35,494 bases of DNA from a virus. Lineage: Duplodnaviria > Caudoviricetes. The DNA lies in the IMG/VR virus record IMGVR_UViG_3300046025_000057, positions 1-35,494 of that record; one strand, given 5' to 3'. How positions within the stretch are numbered: position 1 is the first letter of the stretch; each line of letters opens with the position of its first letter. The notes below the pieces were generated by a model. It searched no databases, was not told the origin of the DNA, and saw only the letters and a program-made list of their open reading frames with translations. The position numbers and the translations under genes were made by a program. Shown piece by piece: positions 7,802 to 16,684 of this stretch.

Positions 7802-7889
7802 GGGGGTGATTTCCGAGAGAAAATAGAGAACGTTAAAACGTCAAATTCATACGAAAGAAGGCGTTTATCGAGTGATTCTCTCGGAAATC
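7802..7889. other. Putative Orc1/Cdc6-dependent replication origin
   Basis: Perfect 14-bp inverted repeat GATTTCCGAGAGAA (7808-7821 / 7876-7889) around an AT-rich spacer; G-string at 7802-7806. Confidence 0.7.
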
Positions 7890-8941
7890 GCGGTCGGGAG
7901 TTGGATGGGCGCTTGGAGCGTCGGGTCTAGAACATGGTAGGTTCGCCACCGGGTCTCGCCCTCGTAGTCGACGAGGTCGTACTCGATGAGCTTCTCGAGG
8001 TAGTTCCGCACCTGCCGGTCGGTCACCGGGTCGCGCTGACGGTCCTGGTACAGCTGTGGCGCGACCGCGTCGTATTGCTCCTGGAGGTCGGCCGCCTTGA
8101 TCTCCTCGGCCTGCCGAACGAGTTCGTACACGACGTGATGGCCGAACGACAGCGACCGAAGGTTTTGCTCGCGGATCGCGGCCTTCGCCCGTGCGAACGA
8201 ATCAGCGATGTCCTCGCCGAGGACCTCGTCGTGTTCACGCTCCTCGGCGAGCTCGGCCGCCGCCCGCAACGACTGAATCGCGTACCGAGCAATACCCGCG
8301 GTCTGGTTGGCGATGCGATGGAGTTGGTCGTCGGAGACGACGTCATGGAGGAGGCCGTGTTTGCGTCGGCGCTGAAGGATCGATGTGAGGTCGTCGGTGT
8401 CGTAGCGATCAAGGTGGATTCGCTGGTCCATTGGGAACCGCGTGCGTTCGCTGTCGTCGAGTCGGGCGACCCACTCCTCGGCGTCATGGCAGATGACAAT
8501 TACCGAGAGCAGCGGCACCTCTGAGAGTAGCTGGAGGATGTCGCGGTCGGGAAGGCCGTCGGCTTCGTCGAGGATGAGGACGTAGGGGTCAGTGGCGAGG
8601 TCGCGGAGGATAGAGAGCAGCCGGTCGACTGGGGCGTTGCGGTGGACGGCGCTATCTCGGGGGTGGCCGGTGATTGCTTGGTAGAGGACGGCGGTTTCGC
8701 TGGCTGAGACGCAGCCGATGCGAGTGTAGGGTGTTCCAGCAGCTTTGCGGAGTTTGTCGGCCATGAAGCGAGCAGTTACGGTTTTGCCGACCCCGCTGGG
8801 GCCGTGGAGGAGAACGTCGTTCGGCCGGTGGCCGTTCTCAGCTGGCGAGAGTGCGCGAGAGAGTTGCTGGCGTTCGGAGTGGCGTGCGGGGAGGGATTCT
8901 GGGACGTATTCTTCGTTGAAGACTCGTGGATTGGTTATCAT
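7865..8941 (-). CDS. orc1/cdc6: Orc1/Cdc6 family replication initiator
   Basis: MITNPRVF..EYVP, Walker A GPSGVGKT, Walker B LILDEAD, C-terminal wHTH. Confidence 0.95.
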   Translation of the reverse strand: MITNPRVFNEEYVPESLPARHSERQQLSRALSPAENGHRPNDVLLHGPSGVGKTVTARFMADKLRKAAGTPYTRIGCVSASETAVLYQAITGHPRDSAVHRNAPVDRLLSILRDLATDPYVLILDEADGLPDRDILQLLSEVPLLSVIVICHDAEEWVARLDDSERTRFPMDQRIHLDRYDTDDLTSILQRRRKHGLLHDVVSDDQLHRIANQTAGIARYAIQSLRAAAELAEEREHDEVLGEDIADSFARAKAAIREQNLRSLSFGHHVVYELVRQAEEIKAADLQEQYDAVAPQLYQDRQRDPVTDRQVRNYLEKLIEYDLVDYEGETRWRTYHVLDPTLQAPIQLPTAISERITR

Positions 8942-8977
8942 ATTTGATTGCTGACCCAAACCAGCCCTATGAACGTT

Positions 8978-8996
8978 GGGGGTCGATTTCCGAGAG
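8978..8996. promoter_or_regulatory. Third ORB-like box upstream of cdc6
   Basis: GGGGG-TC-GATTTCCGAGAG matches the origin repeat. Confidence 0.65.
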
Positions 8997-9050
8997 CCGA
9001 GAACCAGTCGAAACCGCGCCCATCGACGCTCGGAGCGTAAGAAGGAGGAC

Positions 9051-9545
9051 TCAGTCAGAGACCGCTCCGCGATGGCTCGGTGCGTTCACCTCGGTCGGGT
9101 TAAGTTCGTCAAGCCGCCAGTCAAGATCGTTCCAATCGTGTTGGTCACGCCGTGCGTGATAGTTGTCGACGCGGTCGAGGAACTGACCGAAGAAGTCGAG
9201 CGACACGCTGACCGAAAACCCGTCCTGGTCGCCGTAGTCCATCGGATTCAACACGCGTGTCCGAGCCGCCACCATCGCAGTCTCCAGCCGCGGGTCATGA
9301 CCCGAGCGCTCGGGGCGCTCGGGGACGATCCAGCCAGCGGGTGTCCGCGCGGGCGGGCGCTCGTCGTAGTATTCACTGTTGGGACACCACGGTTCGTGAT
9401 CGATGTGCCCGACGTGCAGACTAACGCAGTGGCAGCGGTCGCACGCCACCTCGCCCGTTGCGACGCCGTACTGGTCGCCCTGCTCGCGCGTGAGCAATGT
9501 AAAGTGGGTCGACATCTCCATCCAGCGGTGGGGTCGCCGACTCAT
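9051..9545 (-). CDS. Hypothetical protein with Cys/His zinc site
   Basis: CDRC...HIDHEPWC; ATGA coupling. Confidence 0.65.
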   Translation of the reverse strand: MSRRPHRWMEMSTHFTLLTREQGDQYGVATGEVACDRCHCVSLHVGHIDHEPWCPNSEYYDERPPARTPAGWIVPERPERSGHDPRLETAMVAARTRVLNPMDYGDQDGFSVSVSLDFFGQFLDRVDNYHARRDQHDWNDLDWRLDELNPTEVNAPSHRGAVSD

Positions 9546-9793
9546 CGCTCGGCCTCCTGATCAGTGCCGTCCTCGACGGTATCGCCGCCGGCGCGGAGGC
9601 CGTCGTCTCGCTCCCACCATTCGATGGGGTGCTCTGATGGAGTGCACGCCGAGTGCGGACCATCGTGGCCCGGCGGGCGGGTGCAAATGAAGCGTTTCTC
9701 GGGGTGCTTCTCGTCGCACGCCTCATTCCCGCAAAGACACCGCTCCTCGGAGCACTCGCAGTTTTCAGTACCGCCCGTATTCTCACCGCTCAT
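9542..9793 (-). CDS. Small Cys/His-rich protein
   Basis: ATG 9793 (ATGA overlap); CTRPPGHDGPH motif. Confidence 0.7.
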   Translation of the reverse strand: MSGENTGGTENCECSEERCLCGNEACDEKHPEKRFICTRPPGHDGPHSACTPSEHPIEWWERDDGLRAGGDTVEDGTDQEAER

Positions 9794-10026
9794 CGCTCGA
9801 CCTCCACGCTGACCGTTGACGTCAGCCAGCCCTGCTCGCTCCGAATCTCCATCCCGCTCTCGCGGACGTCCGCCACGATCTCCTCGCCGACGGGCTGGCC
9901 GTCCGCCCGCCAGACCAGGTCGGCCTCGCGTTCGGTCATCCCAACGGCGAGCGCTGCACTCTTGAACGCCGCGTAACACTCGCCAGTAGCTAGCGTCTGG
10001 AGTTGCTGGCGGGTCTGGGCGTTCAC
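9790..10026 (-). CDS. Hypothetical protein
   Basis: Coupled at both ends (GTGA, ATGA). Confidence 0.65.
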   Translation of the reverse strand: MNAQTRQQLQTLATGECYAAFKSAALAVGMTEREADLVWRADGQPVGEEIVADVRESGMEIRSEQGWLTSTVSVEVER

Positions 10027-10157
10027 GCGTCATCCCTCCGCGTCCAGCCTTCGGCGTGATGGCGGTCCCGCAAGTGCTCGACCACGTCGAGGTCTTCGCC
10101 GACCGCGAACGCGATGTCCATCCGGATCGCATCCGGATCACGATTCCAGCGACTCAT
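10023..10157 (-). CDS. 44-aa hypothetical protein (absent from the ORF track)
   Basis: MSRWNRDPDAIRMDIAFAVGEDLDVVEHLRDRHHAEGWTRRDDA; ATGA and GTGA overlaps with both neighbours. Confidence 0.65.
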   Translation of the reverse strand: MSRWNRDPDAIRMDIAFAVGEDLDVVEHLRDRHHAEGWTRRDDA

Positions 10158-10525
10158 ACTGTCCTCCCGACCGCGTGGACGAGGTCGCGCGCTCGCTCGA
10201 GGAGCGTCGGCCCGCGGTGCGCGGTTCGGAGCTGGCGGCGGTACGTCGCGATTGCGGGCCCCGCGCGGATGGCGTCCTGACCATCGACGAGCGTGAGTGC
10301 GCCGCCGTCGTCAAGAACGGACAGGTGGGACTGGTAGAGGGCGGTGTAGACGTTCTTGCGCTGGGCGCTGGTGATCTGTCTGGGCTCGATGCCGGCCTCG
10401 CGGGCGGCGACGCGTTCGGCGAGCTCGCCCAGCGACATGGACCCGTCGGCCTCGGCAAGGACGCGAATAGCGAGCCGACGGCGGCGGCACCGCAGGACCT
10501 GAAAGACCGTGTCCGGGTCAGGCAT
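10154..10525 (-). CDS. Haloarchaeal winged-helix protein (DUF7344-like)
   Basis: VFQVL..RRRRLAIRVL...LGELAERVAARE...RKNVYTALYQSHL..L. Confidence 0.8.
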   Translation of the reverse strand: MPDPDTVFQVLRCRRRRLAIRVLAEADGSMSLGELAERVAAREAGIEPRQITSAQRKNVYTALYQSHLSVLDDGGALTLVDGQDAIRAGPAIATYRRQLRTAHRGPTLLERARDLVHAVGRTV

Positions 10526-10964
10526 CGGCAGCCACCTCCTCGAGGAGGCCGAGCCGGCCGGCGACGTTCGTGTTCACTTGGAGCCACTCGCGGGCCTCGT
10601 GCTGGGCGGCGTCGACGACCTCCCGGTCGTAGTGACCGTCGTCGACCCACTGGTCGCTCTTCTCGACGACGGTGGCGCACGCCTCGGCGACGACCTCGCG
10701 GGCTCGCGTCCGAGCAACGTGCGAGAGCGTCCCGGCGGCCTGTCCAACGTCGGCGACCCGAGCGCCGTCACTGCCGAGGTCGTCCTCGCGCACTTCTTGG
10801 GCGAGTTCGGCGTGAGCCATCGCGTCGAGCAGCTGGGCGAGGTGGTCGTCTTCGCCGAGGTCCTCATAGACGGTGTTGTGGAGGAGGGTCGCGTCGAAGT
10901 CCTCGGCCATCTTCCGAGCGTACGCTCGTTGGCGCTTCTTCGACTGCGGCGGACGGTACCGCAT
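10518..10964 (-). CDS. Hypothetical protein
   Basis: Acidic, coupled ORF. Confidence 0.75.
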   Translation of the reverse strand: MRYRPPQSKKRQRAYARKMAEDFDATLLHNTVYEDLGEDDHLAQLLDAMAHAELAQEVREDDLGSDGARVADVGQAAGTLSHVARTRAREVVAEACATVVEKSDQWVDDGHYDREVVDAAQHEAREWLQVNTNVAGRLGLLEEVAADA

Positions 10965-11719
10965 CAGGAATCACCGTCCTTGACGGTCGCCGACGTGATG
11001 ATTCGCGGGCGGCCCGCGCTCGGAACGTCCAGCCACGACGCTTCCACAGCCCAAATCCAGTGCTTTGGAACGTACTCGACGTCGAGCTCGATCTGGTAGC
11101 TGGTGCCGTTCCCTTCCAGTTCGAGTTCGCCACCATCATCGACGGTGGCGGTGACGGTGAGCGCTCGCGAGCGGTCGTTGACCCAGACCTTGTCACCCTC
11201 GCTGGCTTCGCGGAGTTCGTCGGTCGCGGCGGCGAGCGCCGCGCGGTCAGCTGGCTCATCGCCCTCGGTCTCCGGGAGTTCGACATCGCCCTGGAGAGCC
11301 GCGGTCGCTTTGTCGAGATCGTCCTCGGAGACGGTTGGTGCGTGGTCGTCGTCGCTGGCGCGTGCCCCGACGACCGCGCCGGTCTCGCGGTCGAGCCAGA
11401 CGGACGCGATGTGGGTGCCGTCGCGGACTTGCGTGCTGACGCGGTGTTCGAGCATGGTCGCGAACGGCGAGCAGTCCACGTCGTCGGCGAGACAGCGGTT
11501 GGGGCTGCTGTCGCTGAGCTTGGGGCCGTAGATGCCGTCGAAGCCGTCGGTGTCGGGCATCGGGAGCCAGCGCCGGGGCTGGAAGCTGGTGCCGTGGCGG
11601 TCGCGGTCGGCGAAGACGCCGACTTCGATCAACCCGCGGTCGGCGATCTGTTCGTCTGCGAGCTCGAGCGAGTCGTCGGGTTCGGTAGCGTTTTCTGGGT
11701 TCACGTTCTTCGTGGACAT
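10964..11719 (-). CDS. Hypothetical protein, first gene of the leftward operon
   Basis: ATG 11719 after AAGGTGAG; acidic. Confidence 0.75.
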   Translation of the reverse strand: MSTKNVNPENATEPDDSLELADEQIADRGLIEVGVFADRDRHGTSFQPRRWLPMPDTDGFDGIYGPKLSDSSPNRCLADDVDCSPFATMLEHRVSTQVRDGTHIASVWLDRETGAVVGARASDDDHAPTVSEDDLDKATAALQGDVELPETEGDEPADRAALAAATDELREASEGDKVWVNDRSRALTVTATVDDGGELELEGNGTSYQIELDVEYVPKHWIWAVEASWLDVPSAGRPRIITSATVKDGDS

Positions 11720-11789
11720 GCTTCGTCTCACCTTGGCGAAGCGCGAGGTCGGGCGTGGCAGCGCCCGGCCGAGATTTTCCCGGCATCGC

Positions 11790-11885
11790 GCTTCCTATCC
11801 TATAGTACATCCCCCACGCACTTAACCCTTAGGGTCTAAGGATTATGGGGTAAGGCCTAAGTCCTATGACCTTGTGCATTAAGGT
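11790..11885. promoter_or_regulatory. Second divergent control region
   Basis: AT-rich; multiple TAAGG/CCTTA/CTAAG boxes; lies between divergent transcription units. Confidence 0.6.
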
Positions 11886-12143
11886 GTGAGCGCTACAACC
11901 CCCAACCATCGACCGATGCTCGACGAAGACGATCTTGGACCCGCCGACGAAGCACTGCTCGACATGCTCCGCGATGGCCGCGTCATCGCTCCGTTCGTGG
12001 CAGACGAAACCGGCTACAGCCTCCAGTACGTCCGCGACCGACTCGGACGCATGGTCGAACACGGCAACGTCCAGAAAGTCTACGAGGGCTTGTACGAACT
12101 CGTCGAAGACCCTCGCGACGAGGACGGTGATCGTGATGCCTAA
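11886..12143 (+). CDS. Winged-helix DNA-binding protein (candidate repressor)
   Basis: ADEALLDMLRDGRVIAPFVADETGYSLQYVRDRLGRMVEHGNVQKVYEGLYEL. Confidence 0.8.
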   Translation: MSATTPNHRPMLDEDDLGPADEALLDMLRDGRVIAPFVADETGYSLQYVRDRLGRMVEHGNVQKVYEGLYELVEDPRDEDGDRDA

Positions 12144-12312
12144 AGTCGAAGAACACGTCGGCATCCTCGGGCTCGACTCCCTCACCGTGGACATCGACAT
12201 CACGGCCGAAAGCCCGGACGGCGAGGAAGCGCTCGAGTGGGTCGAGGACATCCGCGACGCGGTCAAGGAGACGACGCGCGAGAAAAAGGAGCGAGAGGAC
12301 GAGAACTCATGA
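12136..12312 (+). CDS. Small hypothetical protein
   Basis: ATG 12136 after GGTGA, coupled to the wHTH gene. Confidence 0.65.
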   Translation: MPKVEEHVGILGLDSLTVDIDITAESPDGEEALEWVEDIRDAVKETTREKKEREDENS

Positions 12313-12476
12313 ACGCGGACACCGAAGACTCCGACCCCAGTGAGATGACCGACCGGAGCCCAATCGGCGAGACGCAGTTCCCGCTCGACGACTTCCGTGC
12401 GGCGCTCGCTGACCTCTTCGCGCCGCAGGCGTTCGTCACGAATGGTGACCTGTCTTACAACCTTACTGATGTCTGA
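12309..12476 (+). CDS. Small hypothetical protein
   Basis: ATGA coupling at 12309. Confidence 0.55.
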   Translation: MNADTEDSDPSEMTDRSPIGETQFPLDDFRAALADLFAPQAFVTNGDLSYNLTDV

Positions 12477-12513
12477 CGTACATTTATGAGAGTGTGAATG
12501 TTTGATATGACTG

Positions 12514-12846
12514 ATGGCATCAAGAAAAGTAGCAGTCATCACCGTACTGTTGGTCTTCCTTGCAGGGGCTATCCCGGCAGGAGTAGTCGCCAGTCCACCT
12601 ACTGCTGAAACCACTGAGACGGAGCAATGCCCTGAATTAAAGGTAATCGACGAAGGCTACAATCTCTCGGATTACTCGAAGTGCAATAAGGACGTCTATA
12701 GGACTGAAAAGCGGAAGTACGCCGAAGAACAGCAGAAAAGCATCGAAAAAATGGTAGCGAGCAAAGTGCAAGCATTTGAAGCTGGCCTGCAGTGGATCGG
12801 CTCTCAGATTTCAAAGCTACAACAACAGCTAACTGGTCTTTTGTAG
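12514..12846 (+). CDS. Secreted protein with signal peptide (moron)
   Basis: RK + hydrophobic stretch + VVA; TATA-like TTTATG at about 12483; lower GC. Confidence 0.7.
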   Translation: MASRKVAVITVLLVFLAGAIPAGVVASPPTAETTETEQCPELKVIDEGYNLSDYSKCNKDVYRTEKRKYAEEQQKSIEKMVASKVQAFEAGLQWIGSQISKLQQQLTGLL

Positions 12847-13038
12847 ACGACTGGCGTAACAGTAGATAGGCGAGGTCTCGACACTCGAAGAGCAAGTGAA
12901 GGATGGATGATTGAGTGGTAGTGGGTGCGGGTGAGCTTACCGTATTTTCACGATAACGAGCGTCGGGAACTACTACTTGTCCAAGAGTTTAAGTAATGGG
13001 AAGTAATCCGCAACCGACGGAGTAAGTGAAATAAGACC

Positions 13039-13242
13039 ATGACCCAACACTACGCAATCGCAATCGGCATCGTCGTTGGACTAATTGTTCTGGCGAAAGT
13101 CCTCGATATGGTCCGCGGCCAACCCCGAACGTCCAGTGGCCAGTTTGCTGAAAATCGGACAACGGTGATCGCGAATCTGATTAAACTCATCGGGGCCCTC
13201 GCCCTCGTATATGTTCTTGCCCAAGCAATCGCAGGAGCATAG
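13039..13242 (+). CDS. Small two-TM membrane protein (moron)
   Basis: Two hydrophobic helices; TTTAAG upstream at about 12988. Confidence 0.7.
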   Translation: MTQHYAIAIGIVVGLIVLAKVLDMVRGQPRTSSGQFAENRTTVIANLIKLIGALALVYVLAQAIAGA

Positions 13243-13364
13243 GGGAATCTCGAAAAGTACTGGAACGATACCCGAGGGGTTCGAGGTTGGGAGAATGTGG
13301 AGGAGGTTCGGTGATCTGACAGCAGGTGCGTAATATTAAGTAGTGTTCTGATAATGCTGTAGTC

Positions 13365-14207
13365 ATGTCCATTTCAGAACGTCTTCCAGGAATGAAACCC
13401 GGCCATCGGCTACGGAACATCGGCATCGGCTTCCTCTACTTTTTCGTCATCGCAGGGGTCCTCGGCGCCGTCACGCCCGACCCCGAAGGCGGATCGGAGA
13501 CTGCACCCGAAACCACGACCGCGGCCGACGCGGTGACCACGACCGCGGACATGGCGACCGATGGCGGCACCACGACCACCGCGACGACCGTCGCGACCAC
13601 GACCGAGACGACCACCACGACGACCGAAGCCCCTACCACCACGACGGTCGCGCCAGCGGAAGACGGTGAATCCTACGAGTACTCCGGCAGCGGAAACAGC
13701 GTCACCGACGCCTTCACCGCCGAGGGCGGGCTCGTCGTCCTCCACTTCCAGCACGACGGGAGCTCGAACTTCCAAGTCCAGGCCGTCAACTCGAACGGCG
13801 ACGAGGAGTACCTCGTGAACGAGATCGGGGCGTACGACGGCGAGGTCGCGCTCTACCTCCCGAGCGACGACTACAAGCTCGACGTCACTGCCGACGGCTC
13901 CTGGAGCGCGGACGTCACCCAGCCGCGATTCAACTCGCAGGACGTCGAGGACCTCCCCGCGAGCGGTGACGGCGAGCACGCAGCATGGTTCGGCCCGTTC
14001 GAGTTCCAAGGCGGCGAGGAGGTCACGTTCGAGATCGAGGGCGATTCGCAGGCGGCCGTCTGGCTCACCACCCACGAAGGCGAGAAAGTCGACCTCCTCC
14101 ACAACGAGATTGGGCCCTACGAGGGGTCGACGCTGGTCACCGACAGTGGGGTCGGCCTGATCATCATCGAGACGGACTCGGCCGACTGGAAGATCACTAT
14201 CGAATAG
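13365..14207 (+). CDS. Membrane-anchored surface protein with Thr-rich linker and two beta-sandwich repeats
   Basis: N-terminal TM, poly-Thr linker, duplicated (Y/L)L(V/H)NEIG(A/P)Y(D/E)G...A(D)W unit; TTAAGTA promoter at 13336. Confidence 0.85.
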   Translation: MSISERLPGMKPGHRLRNIGIGFLYFFVIAGVLGAVTPDPEGGSETAPETTTAADAVTTTADMATDGGTTTTATTVATTTETTTTTTEAPTTTTVAPAEDGESYEYSGSGNSVTDAFTAEGGLVVLHFQHDGSSNFQVQAVNSNGDEEYLVNEIGAYDGEVALYLPSDDYKLDVTADGSWSADVTQPRFNSQDVEDLPASGDGEHAAWFGPFEFQGGEEVTFEIEGDSQAAVWLTTHEGEKVDLLHNEIGPYEGSTLVTDSGVGLIIIETDSADWKITIE

Positions 14208-14322
14208 CGTTGGTTGACGAGACGCTTTCACAGCACGGTTTCTTCCGGTCCAGTATCCGATGAACGCAGCGGTATGTAGAGGTGCCGAACCTCGTTTACC
14301 AGGCCAGTGCGTTGTGCAGTGC

Positions 14323-14838
14323 TTAGTCATCCCGATACCCGATAATTTCGGCGGGATTCCCGGCGACAATTGCATTCGCTGGTACGTCATCTGTGACGAC
14401 GGCTCCTGCCCCGACCAGTGCGTTTTCACCGACCTCAACCGGGAGAAGTGTCGCGTTTGTCCCGATGGTTGCTCCATCGTGAACAGTGGTTTTCTCCCAC
14501 GTGTTGGGGTCTCCACTCGGCGGGTAGACATCGTTTACGAATTTTGCGCCGTGGCTCACGAAGACGTTGTTCCCGATCTCGACGAGCGAGCAGACGAAGG
14601 CGTGCGATTGGATACGGGAGTGATGGCCGATTGTGACGTCTGCTTGTATTTCAACGAGGGAGCCAATCATGACGTCACTCCCGATATGACAGCCATAGAT
14701 ATTGGTGAATCGCCAGATGGTCGTGTTGTTCCCAATGCTACAGTCTTTCACCACCGAGAACTCGTGAATGTCGGTGCTATGGCCAATATCTGAGTTCTCA
14801 ATGAGATTCACCGCTGGTTTTTGTTCACCATCCGCCAT
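14323..14838 (-). CDS. Hexapeptide-repeat sugar N-acetyltransferase (WbpD/FdtC-like)
   Basis: Left-handed beta-helix repeats; FVNDVYP, ATIGTNATLL, VGAGAVVTDDVP..AIVAGNPA. Confidence 0.88.
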   Translation of the reverse strand: MADGEQKPAVNLIENSDIGHSTDIHEFSVVKDCSIGNNTTIWRFTNIYGCHIGSDVMIGSLVEIQADVTIGHHSRIQSHAFVCSLVEIGNNVFVSHGAKFVNDVYPPSGDPNTWEKTTVHDGATIGTNATLLPVEVGENALVGAGAVVTDDVPANAIVAGNPAEIIGYRDD

Positions 14839-14914
14839 AGCGAAGCATCAGTCTCTGGTAGTAAGTGCTTTCCGACGTCCACCAGATACTGGCTCCAAGT
14901 CTCAACTGTTGGTG

Positions 14915-16681
14915 TTACTGGAACGCGATTCCCGTGCTTTCAACGGCGTTGAATGACCCGTAGTTTGTGTCTCCGGCAGCGATTGTACGTCCGTCGAGCG
15001 TCACGCCTGTTAGCGTGATGAGCGACCCTGCCGAACCGCCAGCGACCGCGAGCGACCCGCCGATACTGCTCAGTGACGTGTCCGTCGCGTCCACTTGGAC
15101 CGCTCCCTCTCCATGCAGTCCGTACCGTGTCGTGTTGCTGATAGAGGCGTTCCTGATGGAACCTCGGCACCCTTCTCCGATTTTCACGCCGTCGTTGTCG
15201 GCCCCGTCCGTTGAGAATCGAAGCAGTTCAAGAACCGTCCCGTCACGGGCGTTCGCTCCGTTATTGCCAACGTTATCAGCGATTACATCGCCTCCGGTAA
15301 CGTGGCTTCCGTTGATAGCATTTACGCCGTGGTCGCCAGCTCCCGAAACATCCACATCGTCGCAGTGGACCCGCGACCGGCGGATTTCGAGGCCCTGATT
15401 CGTAGCGTTGGTTGCTACTGCGTTCGCCATTGCCACGTTCGAGGACCGGGCAATGTAGCACCCTCGGTTCCCCGCACCGGAGAAATCGGCACTCTGGGCC
15501 TGTACGACTGCCGTAACCATCGCGTCCATGCCGTCGTTGGCCGCTCCCGAGAAATCGGTGTTGTAGGCGTATACCGTCGAAGTGTTCGCTATCAGTCCAT
15601 CCTCTCCGGAGTTGATGACTCCAGAACCGGGCGTGATGGTCGCAATCGCGTTGCGGTACGAGAGACCGCCGCTCCCGTTGTTTTGAGCATCGGCGTGAAC
15701 GTCCCACTTCGGCGCGATTCCATTGTTCACCCACATCACGTTAGCGTCTGCGGGAAAATCCCCGGAGACCGAGACGGTAGCGTCCTCCGAGGTGATTGTG
15801 ATGTAACCCCAGTTCCCGTACTCAAGGAACAGATTGGTTTCGATGGCGTGCCCCGTCTCAATGTTGACCGCTACCTCCACGTCCTCGCGGGATTCGACAA
15901 TCTCGGTTGCCGCCTGCATCGCGTCAGCGAGGGTCGCGTAATCGCTTGGGACATCGACTTGAATGTCAGCCGTTCCGGTGATCCGTGCCTCGCCTGTACT
16001 TAACGCGCCAACGTTCCGCGCGTCCCCACCCTGGAAGTCCGCGTGGTCCTGCTGGAGCTCCGCAACCCCGTCGTCGTCGGTGTCCTCGAACGCACCCCCG
16101 CTCCCGATCGGGTCCTCACTGCCGTCCGGGTTGACCTTGTAGACCTGGCCGTCCGCCCTCGCGTACACCACCCGCCCGCCCGCCGCCGGAGTCGGCGCGG
16201 CGTCTTGGTCGGCAAGTCTGACCGATCCGGTCGAGATCTCCGCGAACACCCGCCGGTCGCGCACGTCGCCTGCCGAGATATCCTCGCCACCAGCTGCAAC
16301 CCAGACCTCCGCGAGCACAGTCGCGTCCATCCCCGAGAGGTCCGACGGAGCGGGCCGCCGCGTCTGGAACCGCGTACTGTCCGCGGGGACCGCTGCCTCC
16401 GGGGTCCCAGTCTCGACCTGGAGGTCGCCGTTCGCGTCCAGATACACAACGTCCTTCCGGGGATACGTCGAGTCGGCCGCGGCAAGCTGAACGTTGTCCT
16501 GCGCGGCGGCATCGACGATATCCCCATCGAAGAAGACGCTTCCAGCGTCCACTTGGACGGTCATGTCCTGGGTGCCCGGGGAGACCTCGCACCCCTCGAT
16601 CACGGAAAACTGCCAGCGGTCGATCTCCTGCTGTCGGTCGAGTGCCTGTGCCCCATCTCCATCGGTGAATTCGAGACTCAT
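14915..16681 (-). CDS. Tailspike/receptor-binding protein with right-handed beta-helix
   Basis: Phage-type N-terminal domain (PRKDVVYLD...LAEVWV), VPSDYATL cap, about 22-aa Gly/Asn coil repeats. Confidence 0.8.
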   Translation of the reverse strand: MSLEFTDGDGAQALDRQQEIDRWQFSVIEGCEVSPGTQDMTVQVDAGSVFFDGDIVDAAAQDNVQLAAADSTYPRKDVVYLDANGDLQVETGTPEAAVPADSTRFQTRRPAPSDLSGMDATVLAEVWVAAGGEDISAGDVRDRRVFAEISTGSVRLADQDAAPTPAAGGRVVYARADGQVYKVNPDGSEDPIGSGGAFEDTDDDGVAELQQDHADFQGGDARNVGALSTGEARITGTADIQVDVPSDYATLADAMQAATEIVESREDVEVAVNIETGHAIETNLFLEYGNWGYITITSEDATVSVSGDFPADANVMWVNNGIAPKWDVHADAQNNGSGGLSYRNAIATITPGSGVINSGEDGLIANTSTVYAYNTDFSGAANDGMDAMVTAVVQAQSADFSGAGNRGCYIARSSNVAMANAVATNATNQGLEIRRSRVHCDDVDVSGAGDHGVNAINGSHVTGGDVIADNVGNNGANARDGTVLELLRFSTDGADNDGVKIGEGCRGSIRNASISNTTRYGLHGEGAVQVDATDTSLSSIGGSLAVAGGSAGSLITLTGVTLDGRTIAAGDTNYGSFNAVESTGIAFQ

Positions 16682-16684
16682 GGG

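Noticed and set aside
13510-13650. ACC/ACG tandem repeats as a DNA repeat element
   Set aside because: Explained by the poly-Thr linker codons
14915-16681. Invertible tail-fibre (phiCh1-type) or diversity-generating retroelement system
   Set aside because: No inverted fibre copy, invertase, reverse transcriptase or template/variable repeat pair seen
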